From positions 1-38,195 of the forward strand of contig NW_024705511.1 in NCBI RefSeq assembly GCF_018977255.1: a stretch of DNA of 38,195 nucleotides, given 5' to 3'. The position numbers and the translations under genes were made by a program. The DNA comes from Callorhinchus milii. Its lineage: Eukaryota. The first letter of the stretch is position 1, and each line of letters starts with the position of its first letter. The notes below the pieces were generated by a model, which was not told the origin of the DNA, ran no database searches, and saw nothing but the letters and a program-made list of their open reading frames with translations. Of the stretch, positions 21,810-32,502 are shown one piece after another.

Positions 21810-24800
21810 ACAGCTGTCTCCTGTCTCGCTGTGTCTCTCTCTACGTGAGTGTCACTGTTAGTCTACAGCTGTCTCCTGTCTCGCTGTGTCTCTCTCTACG
21901 TAGTGTCACTGTTAGTCTACAGCTGTCTCCTGTCTCGCTGTGTCTCTCTCTACGTGAGTGTCACTGTTAGTCTACAGCTGTCTCCTGTCTCGCTGTGTCT
22001 CTCTCTACGTGAGTGTCACTGTTAGTCTACAGCTGTCTCCTGTCTCGCTGTGTCTCTCTCTACGTGAGTGTCACTGTTAGTCTACAGCTGTCTCCTGTCT
22101 CGCTGTGTCTCTCTCTACGTGAGTGTCACTGTTAGTCTACAGCTGTCTCCTGTCTCGCTGTGTCTCTCTCTACGTGAGTGTCACTGTTAGTCTACAGCTG
22201 TCTCCTGTCTCGCTGTGTCTCTCTCTACGTGAGTGTCACTGTTAGTCTACAGCTGTCTCCTGTCTCGCTGTGTCTCTCTCTACGTGAGTGTCACTGTTAG
22301 TCTACAGCTGTCTCCTGTCTCGCTGTGTCTCTCTCTACGTGAGTGTCACTGTTAGTCTACAGCTGTCTCCTGTCTCGCTGTGTCTCTCTCTACGTGAGTG
22401 TCACTGTTAGTCTACAGCTGTCTCCTGTCTCGCTGTGTCTCTCTCTACGTGAGTGTCACTGTTAGTCTACAGCTGTCTCCTGTCTCGCTGTGTCTCTCTC
22501 TACGTAGTGTCACTGTTAGTCTACAGCTGTCTCCTGTCTCGCTGTGTCTCTCTCTACGTAGTGTCACTGTTAGTCTACAGCTGTCTCCTGTCTCGCTGTG
22601 TCTCTCTCTACGTAGTGTCACTGTTAGTCTACAGCTGTCTCCTGTCTCGCTGTGTCTCTCTCTACGTGAGTGTCACTGTTAGTCTACAGCTGTCTCCTGT
22701 CTCGCTGTGTCTCTCTCTACGTTAGTGTCACTGTTAGTCTACAGCTGTCTCCTGTCTCGCTGTGTCTCTCTCTACGTGAGTGTCACTGTTAGTCTACAGC
22801 TGTCTCCTGTCTCGCTGTGTCTCTCTCTACGTAGTGTCACTGTTAGTCTACAGCTGTCTCCTGTCTCGCTGTGTCTCTCTCTACGTGAGTGTCACTGTTA
22901 GTCTACAGCTGTCTCCTGTCTCGCTGTGTCTCTCTCTACGTGAGTGTCACTGTTAGTCTACAGCTGTCTCCTGTCTCGCTGTGTCTCTCTCTACGTGAGT
23001 GTCACTGTTAGTCTACAGCTGTCTCCTGTCTCGCTGTGTCTCTCTCTACGTAGTGTCACTGTTAGTCTACAGCTGTCTCCTGTCTCGCTGTGTCTCTCTC
23101 TACGTAGTGTCACTGTTAGTCTACAGCTGTCTCCTGTCTCGCTGTGTCTCTCTCTACGTAGTGTCACTGTTAGTCTACAGCTGTCTCCTGTCTCGCTGTG
23201 TCTCTCTCTACGTGAGTGTCACTGTTAGTCTACAGCTGTCTCCTGTCTCGCTGTGTCTCTCTCTACGTGAGTGTCACTGTTAGTCTACAGCTGTCTCCTG
23301 TCTCGCTGTGTCTCTCTCTACGTGAGTGTCACTGTTAGTCTACAGCTGTCTCCTGTCTCGCTGTGTCTCTCTCTACGTAGTGTCACTGTTAGTCTACAGC
23401 TGTCTCCTGTCTCGCTGTGTCTCTCTCTACGTGAGTGTCACTGTTAGTCTACAGCTGTCTCCTGTCTCGCTGTGTCTCTCTCTACGTGAGTGTCACTGTT
23501 AGTCTACAGCTGTCTCCTGTCTCGCTGTGTCTCTCTCTACGTAGTGTCACTGTTAGTCTACAGCTGTCTCCTGTCTCGCTGTGTCTCTCTCTACGTGAGT
23601 GTCACTGTTAGTCTACAGCTGTCTCCTGTCTCGCTGTGTCTCTCTCTACGTGAGTGTCACTGTTAGTCTACAGCTGTCTCCTGTCTCGCTGTGTCTCTCT
23701 CTACGTGAGTGTCACTGTTAGTCTACAGCTGTCTCCTGTCTCGCTGTGTCTCTCTCTACGTGAGTGTCACTGTTAGTCTACAGCTGTCTCCTGTCTCGCT
23801 GTGTCTCTCTCTACGTGAGTGTCACTGTTAGTCTACAGCTGTCTCCTGTCTCGCTGTGTCTCTCTCTACGTGAGTGTCACTGTTAGTCTACAGCTGTTGT
23901 CACTGTTAGTCTACAGCTGTCTCCTGTCTCGCTGTGTCTCTCTCTACGTGAGTGTCACTGTTAGTCTACAGCTGTCTCCTGTCTCGCTGTGTCTCTCTCT
24001 ACGTGAGTGTCACTGTTAGTCTACAGCTGTCTCCTGTCTCGCTGTGTCTCTCTCTACGTAGTGTCACTGTTAGTCTACAGCTGTCTCCTGTCTCGCTGTG
24101 TCTCTCTCTACGTGAGTGTCACTGTTAGTCTACAGCTGTCTCCTGTCTCGCTGTGTCTCTCTCTACGTGAGTGTCACTGTTAGTCTACAGCTGTCTCCTG
24201 TCTCGCTGTGTCTCTCTCTACGTGAGTGTCACTGTTAGTCTACAGCTGTCTCCTGTCTCGCTGTGTCTCTCTCTACGTAGTGTCACTGTTAGTCTACAGC
24301 TGTCTCCTGTCTCGCTGTGTCTCTCTCTACGTGAGTGTCACTGTTAGTCTACAGCTGTCTCCTGTCTCGCTGTGTCTCTCTCTACGTGAGTGTCACTGTT
24401 AGTCTACAGCTGTCTCCTGTCTCGCTGTGTCTCTCTCTACGTGAGTGTCACTGTTAGTCTACAGCTGTCTCCTGTCTCGCTGTGTCTCTCTCTACGTGAG
24501 TGTCACTGTTAGTCTACAGCTGTCTCCTGTCTCGCTGTGTCTCTCTCTACGTGAGTGTCACTGTTAGTCTACAGCTGTCTCCTGTCTCGCTGTGTCTCTC
24601 TCTACGTGAGTGTCACTGTTAGTCTACAGCTGTCTCCTGTCTCGCTGTGTCTCTCTCTACGTGAGTGTCACTGTTAGTCTACAGCTGTCTCCTGTCTCGC
24701 TGTGTCTCTCTCTACGTGAGTGTCACTGTTAGTCTACAGCTGTCTCCTGTCTCGCTGTGTCTCTCTCTACGTGAGTGTCACTGTTAGTCTACAGCTGTCT

Positions 24801-24962
24801 CCTGTCTCGCTGTGTCTCTCTCTACGTGAGTGTCACTGTTAGTCTACAGCTGTCTCCTGTCTCGCTGTGTCTCTCTCTACGTGAGTGTCACTGTTAGTCT
24901 ACAGCTGTCTCCTGTCTCGCTGTGTCTCTCTCTACGTGAGTGTCACTGTTAGTCTACAGCTG
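21810..24962. repeat. 55-bp satellite, about 57 near-identical copies
   Basis: Unit GTCTACAGCTGTCTCCTGTCTCGCTGTGTCTCTCTCTACGTGAGTGTCACTGTTA. A 54-bp variant lacks one G, and there is one truncated unit near 23890. Confidence 0.98.
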
Positions 24963-24968
24963 CCTCCC

Positions 24969-25088
24969 GTGTGATGTAAGGAAAAAAGTTTAGCTGGAAG
25001 CATATTATATTTTTTTGCGACATAGAATTGTAATGTATTACTTACTGTTAGTAGTTCAGCTTATTGGAGAGTATATTTAGTATACTGA
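24969..25088 (+). mobile_element. PLE-C pLTR/UTR fragment (PLE-A relative), left of the PLE-B insertion
   Basis: Near-identical to about 33310-33429 and homologous to PLE-A at about 14622-14743. Confidence 0.88.
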
Positions 25089-26782
25089 AAATTATTGAGA
25101 ATAGTAAAGTACCTAAAGTAAATATCAGCTCGAACGAGGCAAAAGCCTTAAGAGAGCTTCGTCTAAACAAAGATATTCAAATCCTAGCAGCTGACAAGGG
25201 CCGCACTACAGTAGTGATGTCACGAGCCGATTATGATAATAAAATTAAAGATTTATTAGAGGAAAGTACCTACATTAAAATTAAACGAGATCCAACTAAT
25301 ACTTTGGAACGTAAGACTACTGCAATCATTGCAAATTCATTAATCCCAAATAATGAGCAATTCCTAATTAAGCCAAGGGCTTCAAAACCACCTAGACTGT
25401 ATGGGCTACCAAAGATCCATAAAGTCGGCATCCCTTTACGACCTATAGTCAGTACAATTGGCTCTGCCACCTATAAATTAGCAAAATATGTAACTAAACA
25501 AATTCAACCTTACATCGGTAGGACATCATCATTCATAAGAAATTCAGAACATCTTGTGAATATGATCAAAGATATTAAACTTAACCCTAATGATATTTTG
25601 GTGAGTTTTGATGTGATTTCGCTTTTCACTAAGGTTCCAGTGAGCGAGTCGCTTAAATTACTTGATACACTGGTAAAGAATACAGGTTTACCAAAAGATA
25701 TTCCGAAACTCGCAGACCATTGTTTAAATAACACTTACTTCTTATGGAGAGGCGAATTCTTTAAACAAAGGGAGGGAGCAGCAATGGGCTCTCCTTTATC
25801 TCCTGCTATAGCAAATTTGTACATGGAAAACTTTGAAACCAGAGCACTTGCCTCGAGCACATTAAAACCATCCTTTTGGTTTAGATATGTGGATGACACT
25901 TTGGTTGTCTGGCCACATGGTAAAGATACACTTAACGATTTTCTAAATCATCTCAATGCACAAAACCCGGCCATTCAGTTCACCATGGAAATGGAGGTGA
26001 ATAACACACTCCCGTTCCTGGATATTTTACTTGGGCATGGCCCAAACGGTAAAATAACACACAGCGTTTACAGAAAGCCAACGCACACTGATGCCTATCT
26101 GAATGCAGATTCGCATCATCACCCAGCTCAGAAATCCTCTCTTATCAAGACGCTCATACATCGGGCTAAAACAGTGTCAGATGGTGAAAGTCTAGTGAGA
26201 GAGATTAAACATGTTAAAGAAGCACTAAGACAGAATGGCTACAATAATGCTCAAATTAACAGAGCACTAAAAGCCAAATCACGATCGCAAAGCAACACTG
26301 CTGAAAGCGATCAGATTATTAAAACAATAAAAATACCATTTATCTCAGGAGTAACTGATAAATTAGCCCGTGTTTTGCAAAAGCAAAACATTACAGTAAG
26401 ATTTGGTACAGTACACAAAATTCAACAACTAGTAACGTGCACTAAAGACGAATTACCTAAATTATCAACAGAAGGTGTATATCGGATTAATTGTGTATGT
26501 GGCAGATGCTATATTGGACAGACAGGGCGTAACGTTAGTGTAAGACTAAAAGAACACCAGAGAAATATTAAACTATCACAAACACAACTGTCGGCAGTAG
26601 CAGAACATGCATGCCAACAGGGACACTCAATTGATTTTGACAACGTGGAAGTGTTGTGTAAAACTAGTTACTACTGGCAAAGACTAATTAGAGAATCGAT
26701 TGAAATTGAGAGAAACAGCAATAACTTTAATCGCTCAGACAGCTACAGGCTTAGTGCGGCCTGGAAGCGTATTATTAAATAA
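25088..26782 (+). CDS. PLE-B RT plus GIY-YIG endonuclease, N-terminally truncated but otherwise uninterrupted
   Basis: ADKG, YGLPKIHK, SFDVISLFT, GAAMGSPLSP, YVDD, LPFLDI, GVYRINCVCGRCYIGQTGR..LKEH and FNRSD. The first 8 codons of the tracked ORF (25064) come from the target DNA. Confidence 0.93.
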   Translation, partial: KIIENSKVPKVNISSNEAKALRELRLNKDIQILAADKGRTTVVMSRADYDNKIKDLLEESTYIKIKRDPTNTLERKTTAIIANSLIPNNEQFLIKPRASKPPRLYGLPKIHKVGIPLRPIVSTIGSATYKLAKYVTKQIQPYIGRTSSFIRNSEHLVNMIKDIKLNPNDILVSFDVISLFTKVPVSESLKLLDTLVKNTGLPKDIPKLADHCLNNTYFLWRGEFFKQREGAAMGSPLSPAIANLYMENFETRALASSTLKPSFWFRYVDDTLVVWPHGKDTLNDFLNHLNAQNPAIQFTMEMEVNNTLPFLDILLGHGPNGKITHSVYRKPTHTDAYLNADSHHHPAQKSSLIKTLIHRAKTVSDGESLVREIKHVKEALRQNGYNNAQINRALKAKSRSQSNTAESDQIIKTIKIPFISGVTDKLARVLQKQNITVRFGTVHKIQQLVTCTKDELPKLSTEGVYRINCVCGRCYIGQTGRNVSVRLKEHQRNIKLSQTQLSAVAEHACQQGHSIDFDNVEVLCKTSYYWQRLIRESIEIERNSNNFNRSDSYRLSAAWKRIIK

Positions 26783-27040
26783 GATACATTACAATTACTT
26801 ATAAGGGAAACAACCACTAACTGATTACTAATGTAGCATAATCACAATAAAACACATTCCAAATGATTACTAATCTACAACTCGCATCGTAACAATAGCC
26901 TGATTACTAATCTAGTATATAATTACAATCACTCCCCCCTTGAATCTTTGCACCTGATGAGTTAATGAGTTAATGATGACGTCACCCTGCTGCTGCTCTA
27001 TATAAGAACGGGAGACACAGGAGAGCCTCACCATTCTGGC

Positions 27041-27083
27041 GAATTGCCCGACGATGCGGGCGCAATTACCAGCGGAACGCGTT
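27041..27083 (+). ncRNA. Degenerate hammerhead motif at the PLE-B/Tx1 5' junction
   Basis: CCGACGA (versus CTGANGA) T GCGGG CGCAATTA CCAGC GGAAC GCG, at the same position after the TATA box as the PLE-A ribozyme. Core substitutions suggest it is inactive. Confidence 0.6.
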
Positions 27084-27366
27084 CCTGAACCGGTTCTCCC
27101 TGATACACTGCTGCGGCTCGTCGGTGTCCCGTGGGTTCTCCAGCCACCCCGGGGTGTGCGAGGGCCCCAGACCGGGTGGTCTGGGGTGGCCTTGCTGCCG
27201 GAGGGTGGGTGAGCCACGGGCGCAGTGGGAGGAGTGACCCAGCTGCAGCGAGCACGTGGAGATGGAGACGGAGACGCGGCGCACGGCGCAGCCTGAGGAA
27301 GACGCCCGGGGCGCTGCGAGAGACCGTAGGAGCGGGGCGGGCCCGTCTGGTGCGGGGTGATGTCGG

Positions 27367-28878
27367 GTGAGGCGCAACAAGGGAAGAGAGTGGGGGGGTG
27401 GAGGGGTTGGAGAGGCGGGGAGGGAGGAGCGGGGAGGAGAACGAGGGGGAGCGCCGGGAGGAGGGGGTGGGAGTACCCCCGATCGGAGGGGGGGAAGGGG
27501 CAGGAGAGGCGCCCGCAGCCCAGGGGCGGGAGGGGGGCAGTGGAGGGAGAAGACGGCGGGGGTTGGCCCGGTGGGTGCGGGGAGGCCCGGCGGGGGAGCG
27601 GGGAGGTGGCGCGGTGGAGCTGGGGCGGGCCTGACCCCGTTGCAGGCCAAGAGGCACAACTGCGTGCGGGTCGAGTTTAAGGAAGATGTGGAAGAGGGGG
27701 TCACCCTGGACAGGACGACCTTCGTGAGGTCGGTTGTGCTGGGAATGCTGCAGGTGGAGGTGGAGGACTTGTACTGCCTGATTGCCCTGCCGGGGGGGAG
27801 GGCATTCGATGTGAGCTTCACCACCAACATCCTGCTGCAAAAATTCCTTGCCCGTTTCGAGGAGAAGGCGGGGGAGAAGCCGCTGGCGTCTATGAGGACG
27901 CGGTTGCTATCGGACCTGGAGACGAAGGTCGTGACCGTGTTCCTTTATAATGAAGCGTTGCATGATCAGGACGTGGAGGTGTGGCTGCGGCAGCACTGTG
28001 TGGTCCTGTCGGGCTGCAAGAGGGTGCTGGATGCGGCGGGGATATGGACGGGGGCCAGGCAGTGGAGGGTGCGTCTGAAGACGGAGGGGGGGGCACTGAA
28101 GCATGTCCCGAGTGCTCTGAACATCGGCGGAAACAGGGGCTATGTGGTGTACGCGGGACAGCCCAAGCTGTGCAGGAGGTGTGGGGGGGGGGGGCACCTG
28201 GCGGCAGCGTGCGTGGCGCGCGTTTGCTACAGGTGCAGGGCGCTGGACCACACGGTGGAGGAGTGCGGGGAGCCTGCCCTTTGCAACCTGTGCGGCAGCA
28301 GAGGGCATTTGTACAGGACCTGCCCAGAATCCTACGCTAACAGGGCGCGGGCATGGCGGAGTGGCCAGGTGGAGGAGGCGACGGAGGCTGCCGGACGGGA
28401 AGCGGGCCGGGAGCGTGAAGGGGAAGGGAAAGGGGAGGTGGAGGAACCGCGGCCCCCCGAGGAGGGTGAGGGAGGGGGATCGGCGGGGGAGGGAGCACCA
28501 CCATCACTGGAGGGGGCGGAGGAGGGAAGGGGAGACGGCATGGAGGACTCGGGAACGCCGCTGGGGAACTGGTCGGAGGTGACGGGTGAGGAGGGCGAGG
28601 TGGGGCAGCGGGTGGAGGAAGAGGCGGAGGAAGCATGGGAGGAAGTGGGGGGGAGGAAAAGGAAGCGGGACAGAGTCCTGATAGGAGCTGGTCCCCAGGA
28701 AGACACGAGCCCTTCAGGATCCGCGCCGGACTCGGGGGAGTCGGGGTGGAGGTGGGAGGAAGGGGGGGAACGTTTGATCCGGGGAAAGCCCCGTAAATCA
28801 AAGGGGAGGAAAACGGTTAAGGGGAAGGTGGGCAAAGGCAGGGGGGGGGAGCGCGCGCCGGAGTCCGACACGGGATAA
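27367..28878 (+). CDS. Tx1 ORF1 (ZCCHC3-like, three CCHC zinc knuckles); true start uncertain
   Basis: FDVSF, GIWTG.R, Y.GQPKLC, CRRCGGGGHLAAAC, CYRCRALDHTVEEC and CNLCGSRGHLYRTC, then an acidic and a basic tail. Confidence 0.9.
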   Translation: MRRNKGREWGGGGVGEAGREERGGERGGAPGGGGGSTPDRRGGRGRRGARSPGAGGGQWREKTAGVGPVGAGRPGGGAGRWRGGAGAGLTPLQAKRHNCVRVEFKEDVEEGVTLDRTTFVRSVVLGMLQVEVEDLYCLIALPGGRAFDVSFTTNILLQKFLARFEEKAGEKPLASMRTRLLSDLETKVVTVFLYNEALHDQDVEVWLRQHCVVLSGCKRVLDAAGIWTGARQWRVRLKTEGGALKHVPSALNIGGNRGYVVYAGQPKLCRRCGGGGHLAAACVARVCYRCRALDHTVEECGEPALCNLCGSRGHLYRTCPESYANRARAWRSGQVEEATEAAGREAGREREGEGKGEVEEPRPPEEGEGGGSAGEGAPPSLEGAEEGRGDGMEDSGTPLGNWSEVTGEEGEVGQRVEEEAEEAWEEVGGRKRKRDRVLIGAGPQEDTSPSGSAPDSGESGWRWEEGGERLIRGKPRKSKGRKTVKGKVGKGRGGERAPESDTG

Positions 28879-28891
28879 ATCACGCCCCGGC

Positions 28892-31800
28892 ATGGACATA
28901 TCCGCAGCATCGGTCAATGTGAGAGGGATGAAGGGGAAGGGAAGGAGGGGGGCAATCATGCAGTGGCTGCAGCTCACCAGACGCGATGTAATCTTCCTCC
29001 AGGAATGTCACCTCCCCTACACCCTAGGGTCGGAGGCTCTGCTGGACGGATGGAAGGGACAGTACTTTTGGTCCGGCAGCAACGAGAGCAGGTGCACAGG
29101 TGTGGTCACCCTCCTAGGAAGACGGGGAATGAGTGTAGAAGGGACCCAGGAAATAATACCGGGTCGGCTTCTCTGTCTAGACGCTACTTACCAGGGCGTG
29201 CAGCTTCGGCTGATAAACGTGTACGCCCCGGTACGGTGCATGGAAAGGAAGGAGGTGTGGGAGAGCCTGGCGGGCCTACTGGCCACCAGGAGGCAGGTCA
29301 TCGTGGGGGGCGATTTTAATTGCCCGTTAGGCCTGGCGGACCTGGTGTCGGTGAAGGGGAGGAGGAAGTTAGATTCCTCTTCCAGGGAACTGAGGGAGCT
29401 GATGGGGACCTTTGGGATGGTGGATACGTTCAGGAGGGTGCACGGCACGCGGCCAGAGTTCACGTGGGCGGACAAGAGTGGGGGAGCACAGTCACGTATT
29501 GACTTTATCTTCGTTTCCGACAAGGTAAACGTGGGCAGCGCGGGGGTGGAACCTTTCCCCCTCTCGGATCATAGAATGGTGGTGGCGGGGCTTGTGATCC
29601 CAGGGGGGGTGGAGAGGGGGAAGGGCGTGTGGAAGATGAATGTGGGCTTGCTGGCGGAGCAGGAGTTGGTGGAGGATTTCAAGCGAGCGTATGCCAGCTG
29701 GAGGACGCTGCAGGTGTGCTTCCCCACGAGGGTGGAGTGGTGGGGGCATGTAAAGTGTAGGATCAGAAAGTTCTTTCAGTGTTACAGTAGAAGAAAGGGG
29801 GTGGGTAGGGATTTGAGACAATGGAACGCTAGGTTAGAAAGGTTGTATGGGCTGCTAGAGCTAGGGTTCCCGGTGGGAGAAAGGATAGCGGAGATGAAGG
29901 GGAGGGTAGCCTCAGTCCTGGAAAAGAGGGCTAGGCAATTAGTGTATAGGGCGAGGGTCAGGGCAACAGAGGATAGGGAGCAGTGTACACGATTTTTCCT
30001 TAAGGCGGGTAGGGAGGGAGACAATGAAATGAGGGAGCTGGTTAGTCCTACTAGGGGTAGACAGGTGACGACGGAAGGGATGATTAGTGTAGCGGAGGAC
30101 TTTTATGGGGAATTGTATAAAGGGAAAGGGATAGATGGGGGGCGGCGGGAGGAGCTGCTGGGAGCATTGGAGAAGAGGGTTGAGAACCCGGAGGCGCTAG
30201 GGGAGAGGATACAATGGGAGGAAGTGGAAGGGGCGGTGAAGGGGCTGAACAAGAACAGGACCCCAGGCCCGGACGGGATCCCGGCGGACTTTTACATAAA
30301 ATTCTGGGAACTCCTGAAGGAGGATGTTGTGCAAATTTGTAGGGAAACGTTGGAGGAAGGGCAGGTACCGGACGACATGCAGGAGGGCCTGGTGACACTG
30401 ATTTATAAAGGGAAGGGGGAGCGTAGGGACCTGGGAAGTTGGAGGCCAATAACCCTCCTGAACGCGGACTATAAGATCGTGGCAAGGGTGGTGGCGGGCG
30501 ACTGGGGAAGGTGGTGGGTGAGGTGGTGGGGCCGGACCAGACGTGTGCGGTCCCGGGGAGGAGGATCGCGGACACTTTGGTGGTCTTGAGGGAGGCGATT
30601 GAAGGCGAGAGAGAGAGGGGGTGCCCGTTGGGGATCCTAAGTCTGGACCTGGACAAGGCCTTCGACCGCCTCTCTCATGAATTCATGCTGGCGGTGATGG
30701 AGAGGATGGGGGTGTGCGGGCCCCTGGTGGAGTGGGTGAAGCGACTCTATGGGGGGCTCAGGGCCAGGCTCCTGATAAATGGGGAATGCTCCGGGATCAT
30801 CCCAGTGGGATCGGGGGTGCGGCAGGGATGCCCGATGTCCCCAGTGCTATTTGTCATGTGCATGGAGCCGCTGGCGCAGATGATAAGGAATGATCAGAGG
30901 ATTGGGGGGGTGGTAATACCGGGGTGCAAGGAGCAGGGAAAGGTGACCCTGTACATGGACGACGTGGCCGTGCTATGCAGGGACGTGGCATCGGTATGGA
31001 GGGCAATGGAGGGGATGGGGAGGTTCTGCGCGGCCTCCGGATTGAAGGTCAGTGTGGGGAAAAGTCAGCTTATGGTTTTTGGAGACCCGAGGCTTTTCGA
31101 GGGTCGGCCGCCGGAGCTGAGTCTACAAACAGAGGGGATAAAGATACTGGGGGTGTTTTTCTGTGGGGATAGGATGGGGGAAGGTAACTGGGAGAAGGGG
31201 GTGAGGAAGGCAAAGGGCTGCCTGGGTAAGTGGGCTGGGAGGCGGCTCACGATGGCCGGTAGAATTATGGTGGTTAAAACAGAAATATTACCACCCCTAA
31301 ACTACTTGGCGCAGGTGTTCCCGCCAGGTGGGAGGGAGGTTAAGGCCTTGACCACGGCGATTTTCAGGTTTATCTGGGGGGGAGGGATGGAGAGGGTGAG
31401 GAGGGCCGTGATGTGTCTGCAGGTCCAGAAGGGGGGAGGGGTGCCCCAAATGTGGGGTATACCCTGCAATCGACCTTTGTCTGCAATGCGCTGCGGCTGT
31501 TCTTCTCTGCGGAGCCGCGGGGCAAGGCAGCGTGGTATATGAGGTACCGACTGACGTGGCGGTTGCGGGGGCTCGGGATGACTGAGGCAGGAAGGAGCAC
31601 CCCTATGGACTGGCCGGGGGACGGGGTTAGCGACGTGGTGGGGAGCTACGTCAGGCAGCACGGCCTGAGCCGGTGGGGGGGTCGGTGGGCCCCCAGGGAG
31701 GTGCGGGCTGCGGCGGAGAAGGAGGAGGCCTGTGACGAGGTGGCCGGTGCGAGGAGGGAGACGCACGGGAAGATTTGGAGGAATGTGGCGTCGGCAGTGC

Positions 31801-32279
31801 TCACGAAGGAGCAGCGGGACCTGTCATGGCTGGCTGTCCGAGACAGGTTGGAGACGCGGGGTTTCTTGTACAGCCGCCAAATGGCGCATACCCCCAAGTG
31901 CCCGAGGGGCTGCAACGCGGATGAAACTGCGGCGCATGTGATGGTGGCGTGCCCTTTCGCCCAGGAAGTCTGGAGGAGGAGTAAGCCGTTGCTGGCCCGT
32001 TTCGCTCTATCAAGGGTGACGGCACGGGACGTCATGTGGGGAGAGCTGCGGGGGGTGGGGAGGGAGGACAGGGACCGGGTGTGGGCTGTAATAGGAGCGA
32101 CGAAAGAGGCGCTGTGGAAAGCGCGAAAGAAGGGGCTGGAGGGGTCCCTGACGTCCCCGTTGGAGACATGTTATGCTGCGAGGAGACTGTTGGAAAGGGT
32201 GGTAGAGATGGACCAAGGGAAAATGGGGCGTGAGGCCGCAAGGGAACGATGGAAGTGGCCGCTGCCCAGGGTGGGCTAG
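28892..32279 (+). CDS. Tx1 ORF2 (APE endonuclease, RT, CCHC), with two frameshifts (about 30500 and 31440)
   Basis: NVRG, FLQE, GDFN, SRIDF, SDH; PGPDG, WRPITLLNADYKI, LDLDKAFD, GVRQGCPMSP, YMDD; CPRGC..ETAAHVMVAC, across ORFs 28892..30589, 30511..31542 and 31413..32279. Confidence 0.92.
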
Positions 32280-32502
32280 GGCGGGGGGGGGGGGGGTCCT
32301 CGCCGGCATCCGGGGGTGAAGGTGTGCGTGGCTGGAAGGGGAGGCTTCCTCTCCGATGCTGTGGCATGGGTGATCCCGGCCCAGAGGATGGGTCGGTGAC
32401 TGAGCGGGACCTTAAGGGCGCGAGTGAGGGGGTGCCCCCTCGGGTTTCGGTTTGTTTTTCGGTTTGTTGTCACCGCCGAGATACTGAATAAATTTTAAAA
32501 AC

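Larger units (their letters stand above)
27075..32502 (+). mobile_element. Full-length Tx1-clade (L1 group) non-LTR retrotransposon
   Basis: 5' UTR, ORF1, ORF2, 3' UTR, AATAAA at 32487-32492 and a short A tail at 32497-32501. Flanked by the exact 14-bp repeat CGCAATTACCAGCG (27061-27074 and 32503-32516). Strongly G-rich compared with the AT-rich flanks. Confidence 0.93.

Noticed and set aside
21810..24962. CRISPR-like array, or the repetitive ORFs in the 55-bp repeat
   Set aside because: Units are contiguous with no unique spacers and there are no cas genes. The ORFs are by-products of the repeat.
25064..25087. N-terminus MESIFSIL of the 572-aa PLE-B ORF
   Set aside because: It is encoded by target pLTR sequence (same as about 33404-33428) with a TTG start, so it is a chance in-frame fusion.
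26948..26990. Extra hammerhead at CTGATGA-GTTAATGAGTTAAT-GATGACGTC
   Set aside because: It lacks the GAAA box (has GATGA), and no stem I pairing is possible.
27367..28878. Host ZCCHC3 gene
   Set aside because: It is followed 13 nt later by an APE-RT ORF2, an A tail and a TSD, so it is a retrotransposon ORF1.
27028..32473. Numerous Pro/Ser-rich antisense and alternate-frame ORFs over the Tx1 element
   Set aside because: These are expected shadows of very G-rich coding sequence and show no domains.
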